Shown one piece after another: positions 44,467 to 56,628 of a stretch of 64,000 nt of DNA (position 1 is its first letter; every line of letters starts with the position of its first letter). This stretch comes from Chloropicon primus (taxonomy: Eukaryota): NCBI GenBank assembly GCA_023205875.1, contig CP060770.1, positions 310,001 through 374,000 of the forward strand, read 5' to 3'. Under the pieces are notes generated by a model. It ran no database searches. It was not told where the DNA came from and was given only the letters and a program-made list of their open reading frames with translations. The position numbers and the translations under genes were made by a program.

Positions 44467-45023
44467 CGTCCTTGATGGAGTATACGGAACCCAAACTTGT
44501 CAATCAAGATACCGATGGAAAGAGGAAGAGACGATATTTCGATTGATGCCCTCCTTTGCTGCCGTTTCCGTCGCCTTCGTTCCCAAAATCTCCGCCAAAG
44601 TGTAAGACCTTCTTCGAAGTTCCTCCTCCTCGAGAGAGATCTCCCCCCTAGAAAGGGACCTGGCTTACGGAGAAGAAACGCTTATTGGCAACTCGAGTGG
44701 CTTTTGGGGCGAGTTGGTGCGCGATTGGAGCGACCAGGTCGCGAGAGAGGATCGTCATGTGGTAGATCGTCTCGAGATCTTTCGTTTGGTACCTCAGTTG
44801 AAGCATTTGGCGCAAGATTTTGTCCGAGAGTTTGGTCATCACGTAGTGTTTCTGCTCCAGGATTCCATTGGGTGGGTTGACTTGGAGGAGAGTGGAGGGG
44901 GAAGGAGAACTTATCGTGCTCATCCAACCCGTCGAAAAGAAGGTACGTCTCGCGATCTTTCGAAAGAGCACTCGTTCGTCGGGTTTGGTGCTCGAGGTAG
45001 TGGATTAAGTCGTTGCGAGGCTC

Positions 45024-45784
45024 ATGGAAGTTGAGGTGGCACAGGCCTCGGACTTGCGTTTGGATGGGAGCAAGGTGCAGGCACGAGTGAACGGACGTTA
45101 CGTGAGCATCTTCAATGTGAAGGGAGAGCTTTACTGCATCGATGCAATATGCTACCACGCGGGTGGACCCCTCACTGTGGGAGACATCGAGGATGTGGAC
45201 GGAAAGGTAAGTGGGTCCTGCTCTCCCCCCGGTCACGGAGCTTGGCCTCATGCCTTGCTTGTATTGGCCCGGTGCTTCTTTCGACTCAATCGTGCTCGCT
45301 TCCTTTGCCCTTGGTGGAGCATCTGACCGAGTCCTTGATGCACCTGCACGCACTCTTTGAACCCCAGGCCTGCGTGCGTTGCCCGTGGCACAACTACATC
45401 GTCACCGTCCAAACGGGAGAGAAGCTGTATCAGAAGCTCGTGAAGACGGAGGAGGGGAAGCTGGTGCCCGGGGGGTGGGATAGCGTGGGCCAGAGGCAAC
45501 GAACGCACCGAGTTTTCGAGCGGAGCGGTGCAGTCTTCGTGGTCGTGGACGAGGAGGGGTCCTTTGAGAGCGACAAGTACTCGTCGGATGAAGCGTGCGG
45601 CAGGAGGCTCGTGTCGTCCGGTGGGAGTTTCGGGAACCCCAAGCCGAACCCTTTCGGCGCCAGAGGTGCGGGGGGCCAAGGGCGGGGGGCATTCTTGGGC
45701 ATGAAAAACCTCGTGAGCCGGGTGACTTCGGGGCACTTGTTCGGCGCGGACGGGAAGATGCCCTTCAAGAAGCCCCAGCAGTAA
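45024..45784 (+). CDS. Soluble Rieske [2Fe-2S] domain protein; intron ~45208-45368
   Basis: CYHAGGPL in exon 1 and CPWHNY in exon 2. Confidence 0.88.
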
Positions 45785-45908
45785 CAGCAGGCGTCGACGA
45801 CGGCGACGAATCAAAGAAAAAAACAATGCAACAACAGTTTGTGTGTGTACAAAGATAATCATATTATGTTCTGTAACGTACTTCACCTTAATCCTGTTCT
45901 CGTTTCCC

Positions 45909-48900
45909 CTAGTTCAAAGCAGAGAAGAGGTTCTTGAACCTCGGGTCTTCTTCTTCCCCTTGCACCTCCTCATCCCCGAGGGGGGCATAGCTAGAATTGA
46001 GCCCAATATTCTGACTCTTTTGAGGCGTCGTGTTGCTCACGAGCGAGGCATGGCACAGTGGGCAGTGTGCCCTCTGGTGCAATTCAGCCAAGAGCAATGG
46101 GTGCTTGCAGGTGCCGCACCGCTTCCACTTGGAATCCCGGATGACTCTGCCCGAGGCCACACAAATTTCCTTGTTCTTCGCGGCGTCATCCTTCATGGAG
46201 GGCGCGACGTGGCGCCTCTCGCCTTGATTCCGAAGCTTCTTGGGGTCGGTAGGCCTGTGGGTCGTGAATATTGACATGGCGATGTCGGAGTACGCCTGCT
46301 TGTCGATCTCAGAAATCTCATCCAGGGACTCCAGCTTCATGAACGCCTTTGAGGTCTGATGGTAGTACCTGTTGTAAAACGCCGTGAGAGCAAGAAGAGA
46401 GTAAATCTCCCGGGCCTTCAGTATCCCTTCGTAATCTGTGAGAAGCATCGCGACCCTCATTGCCCCATCCAAGTCACCGTCATAAAGGTACTTGTGAGCG
46501 AGGTTCCAATAGTGCAGAGCCTCGGCCCCCTTCCACGGGTTTCCATTCGCGTAGTCCATCCCGATGTCCATGGACAGCAGGCCATTCAGGACTTGCCCGG
46601 CCCCCCTCATCGGACTCGAAGCCGCCGAGTCACTCAGAGTCGAGCTCTTCATGGCATCCAACTCCAAGGCACACAGAACATAAAGCTTCTTCGCCTTTCG
46701 GGTGTCAGACATCTTCTCGGTCTCTGCCTTTGCGACCTTCAGCAACAATCTCGCCGACTCGTTGTGCTTGCGGGCCTTCCTGAACAACTCGATCGCTTGG
46801 GAGTACTTGTGGCTCTCGATTTGCTTGTTCGCGTACTCGATCAGCAGCTCCTCGATGTGCTGAATGTTGTGGTTTTCAGCCAACCGGATAGCGTTCTGCC
46901 ACTGGTTGAGAGTAACGCAACAATCGATGGCAAGATTGATGTTCGACGACTTCACAAACGCCTTGACGGCATCGTTGCAGATTCCAACGCTCATCAGCTT
47001 GGCCCCAATCGTCTGCAGGAGGTCGTGGCCTTCAGGCAGCGTGTGAATCAGCTTCGTGAGCGCAGAGTAATCCTCCAGGGAGTACAAGCACTCGATCAGC
47101 TGCTCGGTGTTCTTGGCTTGAGCGTAGTACTGCACAGCCTTCGTGAGCATCTGCCTATCGCTGTAGTAGTCCCCCATCTTATTCCACGACTGGATCAGCA
47201 TCTCATCATTTCCTCCGCCGTTTTGCAGCAGTTTCTCAACCTTGAACCAGTTCCCAAACTTCATTCTCAGGTCGATGGCAAGGTCAGGCCTCTCGCACTC
47301 CAGGTAGATGCGCTCTGCCTCGTTGAACTTCTTGAAAAAGACGCAAACCTCCGCCTGCTGCAGCTTCTTGTTGTCCAAGGACTGCAACTGCTTCACGAAC
47401 TGGATGCCGTGAAAATCGGCGCACTGGACGAAGGCTTTGTCTGCCATGACAAAGTTCAAGTTCTGCAGCGAGTGCTCGGCCAGCAACTTCCATAACCTTG
47501 GATGAGAATTGTCCATGATGAAGGAGTAAGCGTCCGTTATGGATGCTCTGTTGAGGACCTCCTGGACATCTCTCAGGGCCTTGGTGTGGTGGTCCACGAC
47601 AAGCTCAAAGTGCGGCGTGTCGGGACTTTTCAGGAGCTCGTCAATCTTCACGGATTTGATCTCCAAGTTGTCAAAGTGGCAGAGGTCCGCAGTAGATGTG
47701 ATGGGCTCCTCTGGCTGGAAGTTCCTGAACACATACATGCGATTCTTCTCCATGACAGCAAGGAGGTTGGGGTCATCGCTCGACCACTTCATGTCCCAAA
47801 CATCTTTCCTTTCCAGCAGCAAGGTACTCTTGTTGCCCGTCTTGTCCAGCACGTTCCGCTCCGACTGTATTGAGAAGACCTTGAATAGGCCATGGACGTC
47901 GATCGAGGCCGCGGTGTTCGATTTGCAGTTCATTGTGATCTTCACGGGCTTGCCATTGATGGACTTGGATCCCTCCTTCTTCAGGTGAGGAAGGGAGTAC
48001 TTGTGAATCGTCCCGTTTTCCCTTCCGATCAGAAGGATCGAGTCCGAGACGCAGATGCATGATATTGGATTCGTCGTCTTCTTGTCCGAGATTTGGGTCT
48101 TGTTGTAGCTGCGCGATGGCTTGTCGTCGATGTGGAAAGTGCTCTCATCCTCCAAAAGGCTCCTGATGTTCTCCGAACCTGAGTTGGTGCCACTGCCGTT
48201 CTTGGTCGCCCTCTCCTTGAAGTTCCAGATGTACACCATCGTCTTCGAGGTCACCACGATGAAGGTGTTGGAGATGGACAGGAACTCTCCCTCGAAGGGG
48301 ATGACCTTGGTCTCAATGGGGGACCCGATGGAGTTGCAGAGCAGGACAGAAGAATGCTCCGCTTCGTGGTTCCTCGTCAGAATGACGCAGTACTGGTTGC
48401 AGGCCATCACTCCAAGGAACCTCTTCATGAACTTTATGATCCTTTCTCCCCTCTCGATGTGCCAGAAGGTCAGGCAGTGGTCAGATCGCTCCGGCCTGTG
48501 GTACGCGTACACCATCGTCCCGTTCATATAGCCCCAGGGAACAGGGGGTTTGATGTTGGCAAAGTACATGAAGGAGTCGACTGCCATCGAGACCCGGAGC
48601 CCAGAGCCCTCCCACGACAGAGAGCTGATGCCAGCCCCAGGAACTCTCAGCGTCTTCCAATGGTATCCCATGTTCGAATAGAACGACACCACGGAAGATG
48701 GCCCGGGCTCCGTTGCCACGTGCTGCTGGCCAAACACGGCCAGAACCGTCCCCGCGGGATTCCACTTGATCCCGTTGACCTTCATCTTCGTGTCCACGAT
48801 TATCGGTTGATCGTCGTTCTCGTGCTTCATGAGCTGCACCCTCCCGGTGTCCGTGCACAGCGCGAGAACGGGAATCTCGTAATCTTGGGGTATCCCTTCC

Positions 48901-49556
48901 CTTCCCGTGTACCAATCGATCCCAACGATGTAGTTGGACAGGCCCCCGCCTTGCAGCTGCTTGGTGGACAACTTGGAGACGGCGTTGCCATTCGAATCGT
49001 AGATGTGGCACTCCCCGTGCGTGGTGCAGAACAGGATCACCCTGGCATCAGGTGACCACTGCACTTTAGCGAGTTGCAAGTTGAGCTCCTTGCCCCACAA
49101 GCGGTTCCCGTCGACGCTTCCCACGATGACTGCGCCGTCTTCATAAACGATGCAGATCTTCTGCCCATCCGCTGTCCACTTCATGTCCTTGACGAAGCTC
49201 TTGTTCCTGTTGTTGATCATCTCCTCGAACCACATCCCTTTGTGGAGCATCCAGACGATGATGAGCCCGTTCTGGTCGCTCGTCGTCAACTTCTTGTACC
49301 CCTCGTTCCACGTCACCACCATCACTTGGTTCTTGTGACCCTCGAGCGTCTGATTCATGGAGAGCAGGCTCGATCCGCTAGTCTTGGAAAGGTCCTTGCC
49401 TGACTTGCTCGGTGCCTCTAGCTTGAGCACCTTGAGAAGCCCGTTCTCTCCTCCGCAGGCGATCCAGCCTTGCTCCCCGTTCCACGAGAGACACTTGAGG
49501 AGAACATTGTTGGGCATGGCAATCTTCTTGCTCAGGTACGCGAAAAGATTGTTCAT
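45909..49556 (-). CDS. WDR35: Intraflagellar transport complex A protein IFT121
   Basis: LFAYLSKKIAMPN, GWIACGGENGLLKVLKLE, SMNQTLEGH, WFEEMINNRNKS, HPRLWKLLAE, SKAFMKLES, C-terminal zinc ribbon. Confidence 0.97.
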   Translation of the reverse strand: MNNLFAYLSKKIAMPNNVLLKCLSWNGEQGWIACGGENGLLKVLKLEAPSKSGKDLSKTSGSSLLSMNQTLEGHKNQVMVVTWNEGYKKLTTSDQNGLIIVWMLHKGMWFEEMINNRNKSFVKDMKWTADGQKICIVYEDGAVIVGSVDGNRLWGKELNLQLAKVQWSPDARVILFCTTHGECHIYDSNGNAVSKLSTKQLQGGGLSNYIVGIDWYTGREGIPQDYEIPVLALCTDTGRVQLMKHENDDQPIIVDTKMKVNGIKWNPAGTVLAVFGQQHVATEPGPSSVVSFYSNMGYHWKTLRVPGAGISSLSWEGSGLRVSMAVDSFMYFANIKPPVPWGYMNGTMVYAYHRPERSDHCLTFWHIERGERIIKFMKRFLGVMACNQYCVILTRNHEAEHSSVLLCNSIGSPIETKVIPFEGEFLSISNTFIVVTSKTMVYIWNFKERATKNGSGTNSGSENIRSLLEDESTFHIDDKPSRSYNKTQISDKKTTNPISCICVSDSILLIGRENGTIHKYSLPHLKKEGSKSINGKPVKITMNCKSNTAASIDVHGLFKVFSIQSERNVLDKTGNKSTLLLERKDVWDMKWSSDDPNLLAVMEKNRMYVFRNFQPEEPITSTADLCHFDNLEIKSVKIDELLKSPDTPHFELVVDHHTKALRDVQEVLNRASITDAYSFIMDNSHPRLWKLLAEHSLQNLNFVMADKAFVQCADFHGIQFVKQLQSLDNKKLQQAEVCVFFKKFNEAERIYLECERPDLAIDLRMKFGNWFKVEKLLQNGGGNDEMLIQSWNKMGDYYSDRQMLTKAVQYYAQAKNTEQLIECLYSLEDYSALTKLIHTLPEGHDLLQTIGAKLMSVGICNDAVKAFVKSSNINLAIDCCVTLNQWQNAIRLAENHNIQHIEELLIEYANKQIESHKYSQAIELFRKARKHNESARLLLKVAKAETEKMSDTRKAKKLYVLCALELDAMKSSTLSDSAASSPMRGAGQVLNGLLSMDIGMDYANGNPWKGAEALHYWNLAHKYLYDGDLDGAMRVAMLLTDYEGILKAREIYSLLALTAFYNRYYHQTSKAFMKLESLDEISEIDKQAYSDIAMSIFTTHRPTDPKKLRNQGERRHVAPSMKDDAAKNKEICVASGRVIRDSKWKRCGTCKHPLLLAELHQRAHCPLCHASLVSNTTPQKSQNIGLNSSYAPLGDEEVQGEEEDPRFKNLFSALN

Positions 49557-50760
49557 GGTGAATGGCTCTCTCGTCGTCCTCCCCCTCTTTAACACACAAC
49601 TTCCTTTCTCCTCCCCTCCCTTGCCTGTGTCAACTCTCTTGTCCTCTCCCTTCGCTTACACACACACGCACTCTCTGTCGTCTCTCCCTGGGTGCTGGAC
49701 CGATTGGTTACGATGGACGAGCGATCAGCACACCAACGTGACCATTGAGAAGCAACCAACCTGCTCGGTTCCTGGCCGCTCTCCTCCTTACTCCATCCAA
49801 AAGTTTGTTGGCTTGAAACAAACTCAAAAACCGACAAGGGATGAAGACGTCAAGAGCAAGCAAGCGACACAAGAGGATCGAAATGATCACCAACCAGCGA
49901 GTGATGTGACGTGTGATCACTGAATCGTCTCCTGATCAGCTCCTCCCCTCCTCCCTGCCTGCTGTGCGAGAGACCTCCTGTTGGTTTGAAACAAACACAC
50001 CCCAAGAGGATGAACTCAAAGAGGAACAAAGGACACGCAGCAGAGGGGGGCAACAAGGTGCGATGGGGATGATGTGATGTGATGTGACCTGATCGGGTGA
50101 AATGTCCCCTGCTGGTGGTGGTGGTGCCCTCCTCCCGGCCTGCGGTCGCCGTGGTCGCGATGGATGTTCTGATCAATCCTTTGGTCTCGCTCTTGGAAAG
50201 GTGGGAGCTGACGATGAGTTTGAATTCCATCGAAAAAACTTCGCGCCTTGGCAATACTTAAAGAAATAGGACGAGGAGGAAAAACAACGTGAGGGTCTTG
50301 GAAAAAAAAGGGGTAGAGGCAGGCAAGCGACCAAGGGGATCACGAACATGGGAGAGAAGCGTCGCAAGAGAGACGGAGGGACTGCCTTTGACCTCAGAAT
50401 GAATGGATGGACGGAATCACAGCTTTCTTTCCCTCCCTTGAGACCAAGTGTGTCCTGCCCTCCCTCACTCGGAAAAGAATCCTTGGCGGTGGACCGTCCA
50501 GTCGGTCTCCTTCGGAGGAGAACACAGTGTCATCGTCGCTTGTCGATCCACCGGTCCGAGCCACAACGCAGGACTGCGATGCTTTGCCTGCTCTCTGCTC
50601 TCTTCCACTTGACTATTGCATCGCCTACTGCATCCTCCTCTTCCTCAAAAGTCTTTGGCTTCGGCTTCATTGATGAAGCCTCGCGCTCCGTCGGTGCAAA
50701 CCATTCTGTGGCTGGCAGCGGCCGTTACCCAGCAGCAGCAGCAGAGCAGGAGGTTTGACG

Positions 50761-52561
50761 ATGGCAGTGCCCTCCTCGATGGATGTGGAGGCGAGCGTCG
50801 GGTCGAGTAGCGATGGAGAGCGAAGGGACTCGACGGGATCCACGACAACGACGACGACGGGAACGCGAAAAAACCTCGTCGGCAAGTTTTTCGCTTCCCT
50901 TGGCAAAGGAATCAGGGAGGACGTGATGGCGAGGAAGCCGCACTATGTGGAAGACTGGGAGGAGGTGACCAAGGACAGGGGAAGGGGGTTGACGCGGATC
51001 CTCGCTGCCGCGGTGTACATATTCTTCGCCTCTGCACTTCCAGCGATCGCTTTCGGCGAGCAGCTCAACGTCGAGACCAAGGGTAAGATGACGATCTACC
51101 ACACCCTCCTGTCGACTGGGATGTGTGGACTCATGCAGAGCGTCTTTGGGGGGCAGCCCTTGCTGATTGTGGGCGTCGCGGAGCCTATTGTGATTATCTA
51201 CCACTTTATGGACGACTACTGCACGAGGACTGGCATCGACTTCACGGCGTGGGCGGCGTGGACTTGCGTTTGGGCCACTGGTTTCCTCACCATCATGGCT
51301 GTCACAAACCTGTGCAACGGGATCAAGTGGTTCACCAGGTTCTGCGGTGAGACATTTGGGGTGAGTCGCTCTCCTCTCTTCGGGCGCCTCGGGGCCTCTT
51401 CGTCTGACTTTTTTGTCCTTGCAGATGCTTATCGCCATTCTCTTCCTGCAGCAGGCCATCAAAGGGCTCGTCGACGAGTTTCGTTACGAGCAAGCGGAGA
51501 GTTACTGGAGGGTCATGAACGGAATGTTCGGCCTCGTTCTGGCCTTCCTCTACGTTTGGTCAAGCTCCGCCCTCTCCCAAGCGAGGCGGTGGAGAATTGG
51601 AAACTCGTTCCTTCGCGCGGTGCTGGCAGATTACGGGTTCGCACTGTCGCTCGTCGCGATGACTGGAGTCTCGTTCGCGATGTCCTCTTGGGGCGACAAG
51701 CCCGTCGACGTGCCCCAGAGGATCGTTATGCCACCCATAAGCGAGAGCGTGTGGGTCACATCCGGCGTGTACGTCGTGTACGACATGGCGAGCGTTACGG
51801 TCGCCCAAATCTTCGCCGCGATAATCCCCGGCTTTGTGATCAGCGTCCTGTTCTACTTTGACCACAGCGTAAGTAGCCAGCTCGCCCAGCAGAAGGACTT
51901 CAATGTCACGCGACCGTCGGCGTACCACTATGATTTGCTGCTCCTGGCGCTCATGACGATACTTTGCGGGCTTCTTGGCCTCCCCCCGGTCAACGGCGTA
52001 CTTCCCCAGGCCCCGCTGCACACGAGGTCCTTGACCTCAAAAGTGCTGCTGGCAGAAGACGAGGGCGGGGACCAGCACGAAGGGATGGTGGAAGGGACGG
52101 TGAAAGGGAAGAAGGTCCTGAAAGTGTACGAAAGCCGCCTGAGCAACTTCATCCAAGCTGCACTCTGCATCGTGCTTTTCGGCGTCGCACAGTACATCTT
52201 GAAATTGATTCCGACGGCCCTTGTGTGGGCATTCTTTGCCTTCATGGCCCTGGAGTCTCTGCCGGGCAACCAGCTGTGGGACAGGTTGCAGATCATCGTC
52301 TGCGACGCCAAGAAACGAGCAGAGTGGGCGAGAGACACGAGCTGCCAGTGCGCGTACTTGGAGACCGTGCCATACTCATCGATCGCGATCTTCACGCTGA
52401 TTCAGGTGACCTGCCTGCTAGGAATTTGGGCCATCACCGTGTGGGCAGGACTCTTCGGGATCTCGTTCCCGATCTTCATCATGGCTTTGGTCCCCTTGAG
52501 AGCCTTGGTCCTGCCCAAGGTCATCAAACCAAACTTTCTGAGCGACCTTGACGCCGACTAG
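50761..52561 (+). CDS. Borate/anion exchanger (SLC4, BOR family); intron 51361-51423
   Basis: YIFFASALPAIAFGEQL, GGQPLLIVGVAEP, FTRFCGETFG-MLIAILFLQQAIKG, YFDHSVSSQLAQQKDF, NGVLPQAPLHT. Confidence 0.93.
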
Positions 52562-52772
52562 TTCGAGGGTGTCGCTCGCTCGCCTTGGGGCAACACCGCG
52601 GACAAACAAGTGGGGAAAGTGAGGTCAAAGGAGATGCGTGCAGCTCTGGATGAAGTCCTCTCGCGGCAAAGTCGTGCGACTTTCCGAGCAAAAGCAGGGC
52701 TAAGATTACAATGAAATGCACAAACAATCAAAAAAGTTTCCTTTCTTCTTCCTATAATGCTGCTAGGTGCTT

Positions 52773-53744
52773 TTACTTGAGCGAGTATGGATCGAAAGCC
52801 TGCTCCGGTGGATCCACAAGATTGGCAAAGGCCACGTAGTTGACCATGCCGTCGTTGTTGTCGTCAAACTTCTTCAAAAGCACCTGAACCTCGGAATCAT
52901 TGAGGCTCAATCCTAGCTTGACGTTGAGGGCCTGCTTGAACTGGTTCGCCGTGACCCTGTTCACGCTCAGTGTGCTATTCTTGTTGGCAGCCGCATCATC
53001 GAACACGGGCTTGACTAAGATTCTCTTGATCTTACAGACTTGTGCAATACGGGTGAGAACATAGTTCAGCACATCCTCCTCCTGCTCAGTCATGCTCTTG
53101 TTGCAAGTTTGATACCTTGTCGTGTTCATGATATCCAGGGGCACGTCGCTCACTTGCTGGAGTGGGTACTTCTCCAAGTTCTTCACGGTGAAGGACTCAT
53201 CAATGATGTCACAAAAGGCTTGGTAGTTCACCAAAGACATGGAAGGAACGTTGCGGCACGCTTCGGTGAACTTCTCCACAATGCTTTCGATCTCTGCTGG
53301 ACTGAGGTTGATTCCAGCCATGCTGAGTCCAGAGCAGAACTTGGATGGAGTGATGAACCCGCATCTCAGCTGCAAAAAGAAAAGAGAGACGGGCGGGATC
53401 AGGTCAAACTTGGGTTAGGCAAAACTCGTTTTCTCTCATGTTCTCATGCATAATGGGAACGAAAGCTTTTTTGGGAATTCTCTTGCGTTGACGAGGTCAC
53501 TCACCTTATCGAAGCCTCTGAAGAAGTCCCTGATGCGAATGCGGTTCTTGAAGACCACAGTCTTGCACTGCGCGCCAGGAGGTGGGAACGCGAACCACGT
53601 CAATGGTCAGCAACAAAGCTTGAACACAAACCACGAAACAAAACCGCCGCGGACCGCTCGTTCGAGGCCAAGGTCAACGTGCTTGCTTGAATGGGAAAAG
53701 ACACTTACCTTGAGGATGGCCTGGTCAGCCTTTCCAGTCGTCAT
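52773..53744 (-). CDS. EF-hand protein; exons 53744-53709, 53567-53505, 53369-52773
   Basis: Spliced MTTGKADQAILK-CKTVVFKNRIRIRDFFRGFDK-LRCGFITPSKF...; C-terminal EF loop FDDNNDGMVNYVAF. Confidence 0.82.
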
Positions 53745-54329
53745 TGTAATGGTACCGCTGAGAGAGCTTGTGTTCGTGGTATCGGTCGACAAAAGGTCTC
53801 GAAACTTTTCTGTTCCCCTCGTCCCCCGTCGTTGTTCTTCGCGAAAAGTTGCCGTTCAACGCACAAAGAGTCTTGGTCAAGTCAAGTGTACCAATTTCAT
53901 CTTACTTCCAGGAAGGGGAAAGGGAGGGAGAGGAGAGAAATGAGTGTACGAAGTTGGAAGTTCAAAACAACGTCTTGCAAAACGAGTGTCAAAAGGACGG
54001 AGAGATACGCGCAGAAGACGACGAAGAGATGAGTGAGGACTATACTGGCAGAAGTGAGACTAACTGAGGGGAGCGGGAAGTCGCACTCTCTCTCCTTGTC
54101 CTTCTCTTCTCTCTGCCAAAGGATGCATTTTTGTGGTGACGATGGTGGTGTGGGGGGCACATGGACAGGCAAGCCATGGCTGGAAGCACTGCTTCGTGCA
54201 CTTGAAACAAGTTCCAAGCTCGAAAGAGTTGGTCAAAAAATGCGGCCAAGGGCGATAGAGACCCGTGAAGGTTTAGGTTTAGGCCCAGCTCAAGGGAGTG
54301 AGACTCTTCCTCACAGTGAAGGGTCGATT

Positions 54330-56350
54330 GATTGAGGTCAATTGGATAATAACTGATTGGTATTAGTAATGGGTGCGGTGGACTCGGTCAATCATAAACG
54401 GGTGAATCACTGTCTATTGCCCACCCTCTCATTCGGGGCTCGTCCATCGAAAAACTTCGTACCAGTTGGCACCAGTCAGGATACATAGAAGATCTCCCGA
54501 AAAACAAAATGACAAAATGTAGAATTAAGCTTGTGGCTCAACGCCAATCTTGATGAGACTGGAGTAAGCGCAGGTGCACGGGATGCAATACCACACCAAA
54601 CGCAGGAATTCACGGATCAAAACTATTACACAACAAGATAAAAGAAAAAAGAATCGATGTTTTGGCTGACTCTATCTTCAGCTGACGATTCTATCTCGAT
54701 CAAACACGCAAAAATGACAAATTAAATTAAGTTCCACGGCACCTCTTTTAAGAATCAATTTGCAATATACGTAAAGGCTTATCATTCAGACGTTTGCGTT
54801 TCGTTCATGATCACGGAGTCACATTCATAATTCCTCTCTGAAATCAATCGAGTCCAACTTTGTTCTCGAATAAGCGAGTCGAAATGAAATCGTGGAAATC
54901 GAGATATTCTCTTCTTGTTCTATTTCCTGGAAGCAAAATAGAAAATCGATTTATCTCTTGTGAGATAGCATATGATGCTCACCAAGCTATGACAATATTG
55001 GACAAGAATGCAGAAGAGAAGCATAAACACTCGAACAAATATTTTAGAATATTATATGCATCGATTTTGGGAAAAAGCAACGGGTGTGCAAGAAGCAGAG
55101 TGACAATTAAATATTTTCCGAAGCGTGGATTACGCACTTTCTCTTGGTAATTCTCTCTACTTTCTATCTCTACTGCAATGAATCGGAAAAACATTATCAG
55201 TATATGTTTCATAAGATAGAATAATTGCCAATATACTTTTGTCCTTCTTTACAGCTTAGACATCAATGCATACTTTAATTTTAGATGAGTCAACGATTAT
55301 GCACAATAGAGTAAAAATGAATATTTATAATAAAGAAAATATTACGTTTTGACGATAAATAAAATGATGGCGGAAGTTAGCATTGAATGATTTTAAATAT
55401 TTGCTCTTGTGTGAATATGATAAACTTTGAATGCAAGAAATTGAAACAATATGAAGTAAATGTTGCGGTTTTACGCAAAAGACAAAGATATTGGGTTTGA
55501 AGAAATAAGTCAAATAACGAGAACCGCGACAAAAAGCATCAAATTCATCGGCTTTGCACTTGGACATGCTGCTGCGTAATTTGAAAGACAAGCATTGATG
55601 CCATAAAATATTGTTGAAGCCAAATTGAATTGATGCATTGCTGTTCTTTCGGTGATGCCCTGTACCAGCCATTTGGAATGGTTTGAGAAATAGTTCGGAA
55701 GACGTTTCAGTTCTTGCAATGTACATAGTAAGAGGAATATCATTTTGTGTGCAAGATATTATTAATGTATATTCCAGTTCAAGTGCTAGAAAAGGCACTA
55801 TTTCATAACTGCTGCTGCAAGAAGGAAGAGGCATCCTTGAAAAATGCCAGCGATCTGTGTCTTTGCCCGCAGCTTGTCGTTTCTTTTCCATGCATGCGAT
55901 ATAATGAGTCCGCACGAGTTATTTGTGTACTGGTTCAGGGCACGTAAAGGTGAATTCGGCGGTGCCTCTTGAGTTTATAAAGTCGCCCTAGGATGCTGGA
56001 TATTGGCATCTTCTTCTTGACTCTGCTTGTAGAGCAATTGGCAACAATGAAAAACCGAACAACCTTGCTGTTTCTCTTTGATCGCCAAAGGACGATGTCC
56101 TTAACCGTGCAACATCTCTCGCTTTTGAGGAATACGCAGTGGGGCAAGATCGTCCTTTAGTTGGGATTGGGGCCCTGCAAGAGGGAGGCTCTCACTATCC
56201 CATAACAGTGTCACCACAATAATAAAATTCCGCAGAACAAGAACAAAGGTTAAAAGAGAAAGTAAAGTCGTCGTGTACTTGACGTTTCGCCCTGCACGAA
56301 CACACGACCACCGACCCCGTTCGCCAAGCTTTGCTTCTCTGGTACTTTCG
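54330..56350. other. AT-rich, apparently gene-free island
   Basis: Lines 55321-55440 are ~23-25% GC by manual count, against a GC-rich gene background; only short unrecognisable ORFs. Confidence 0.85.
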
Positions 56351-56628
56351 CGCACGTGATTTCGGTTTGGCGTATGGCAATATTTGATGGTTCGGTGTGG
56401 ATCAGCTTAGTCTTGAGACGCGGCCCTGTCGGCCCTTATAATATAAGCCGCTCTCTTGGGAGTGCGCAGACAGGTCCGCAGCAGACAGGTTTGCTTTGCT
56501 TTGGCCACCCGAACGCAAGCGCACGTCCTCGTTCTTCCTTCGTGAGAGACACGAAACCGTGCTTTGTTGGATTGCCGCATCATCCCTTTTTCTGGTACAA
56601 CTTTTTGTGGAAAGCAACTTTTGGACGA

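Noticed and set aside
55325..55915. 196-aa ORF and other short ORFs in the AT-rich island
   Set aside because: Non-ATG or weak starts, atypical composition and no family motifs; cannot be supported as genes without a database search.
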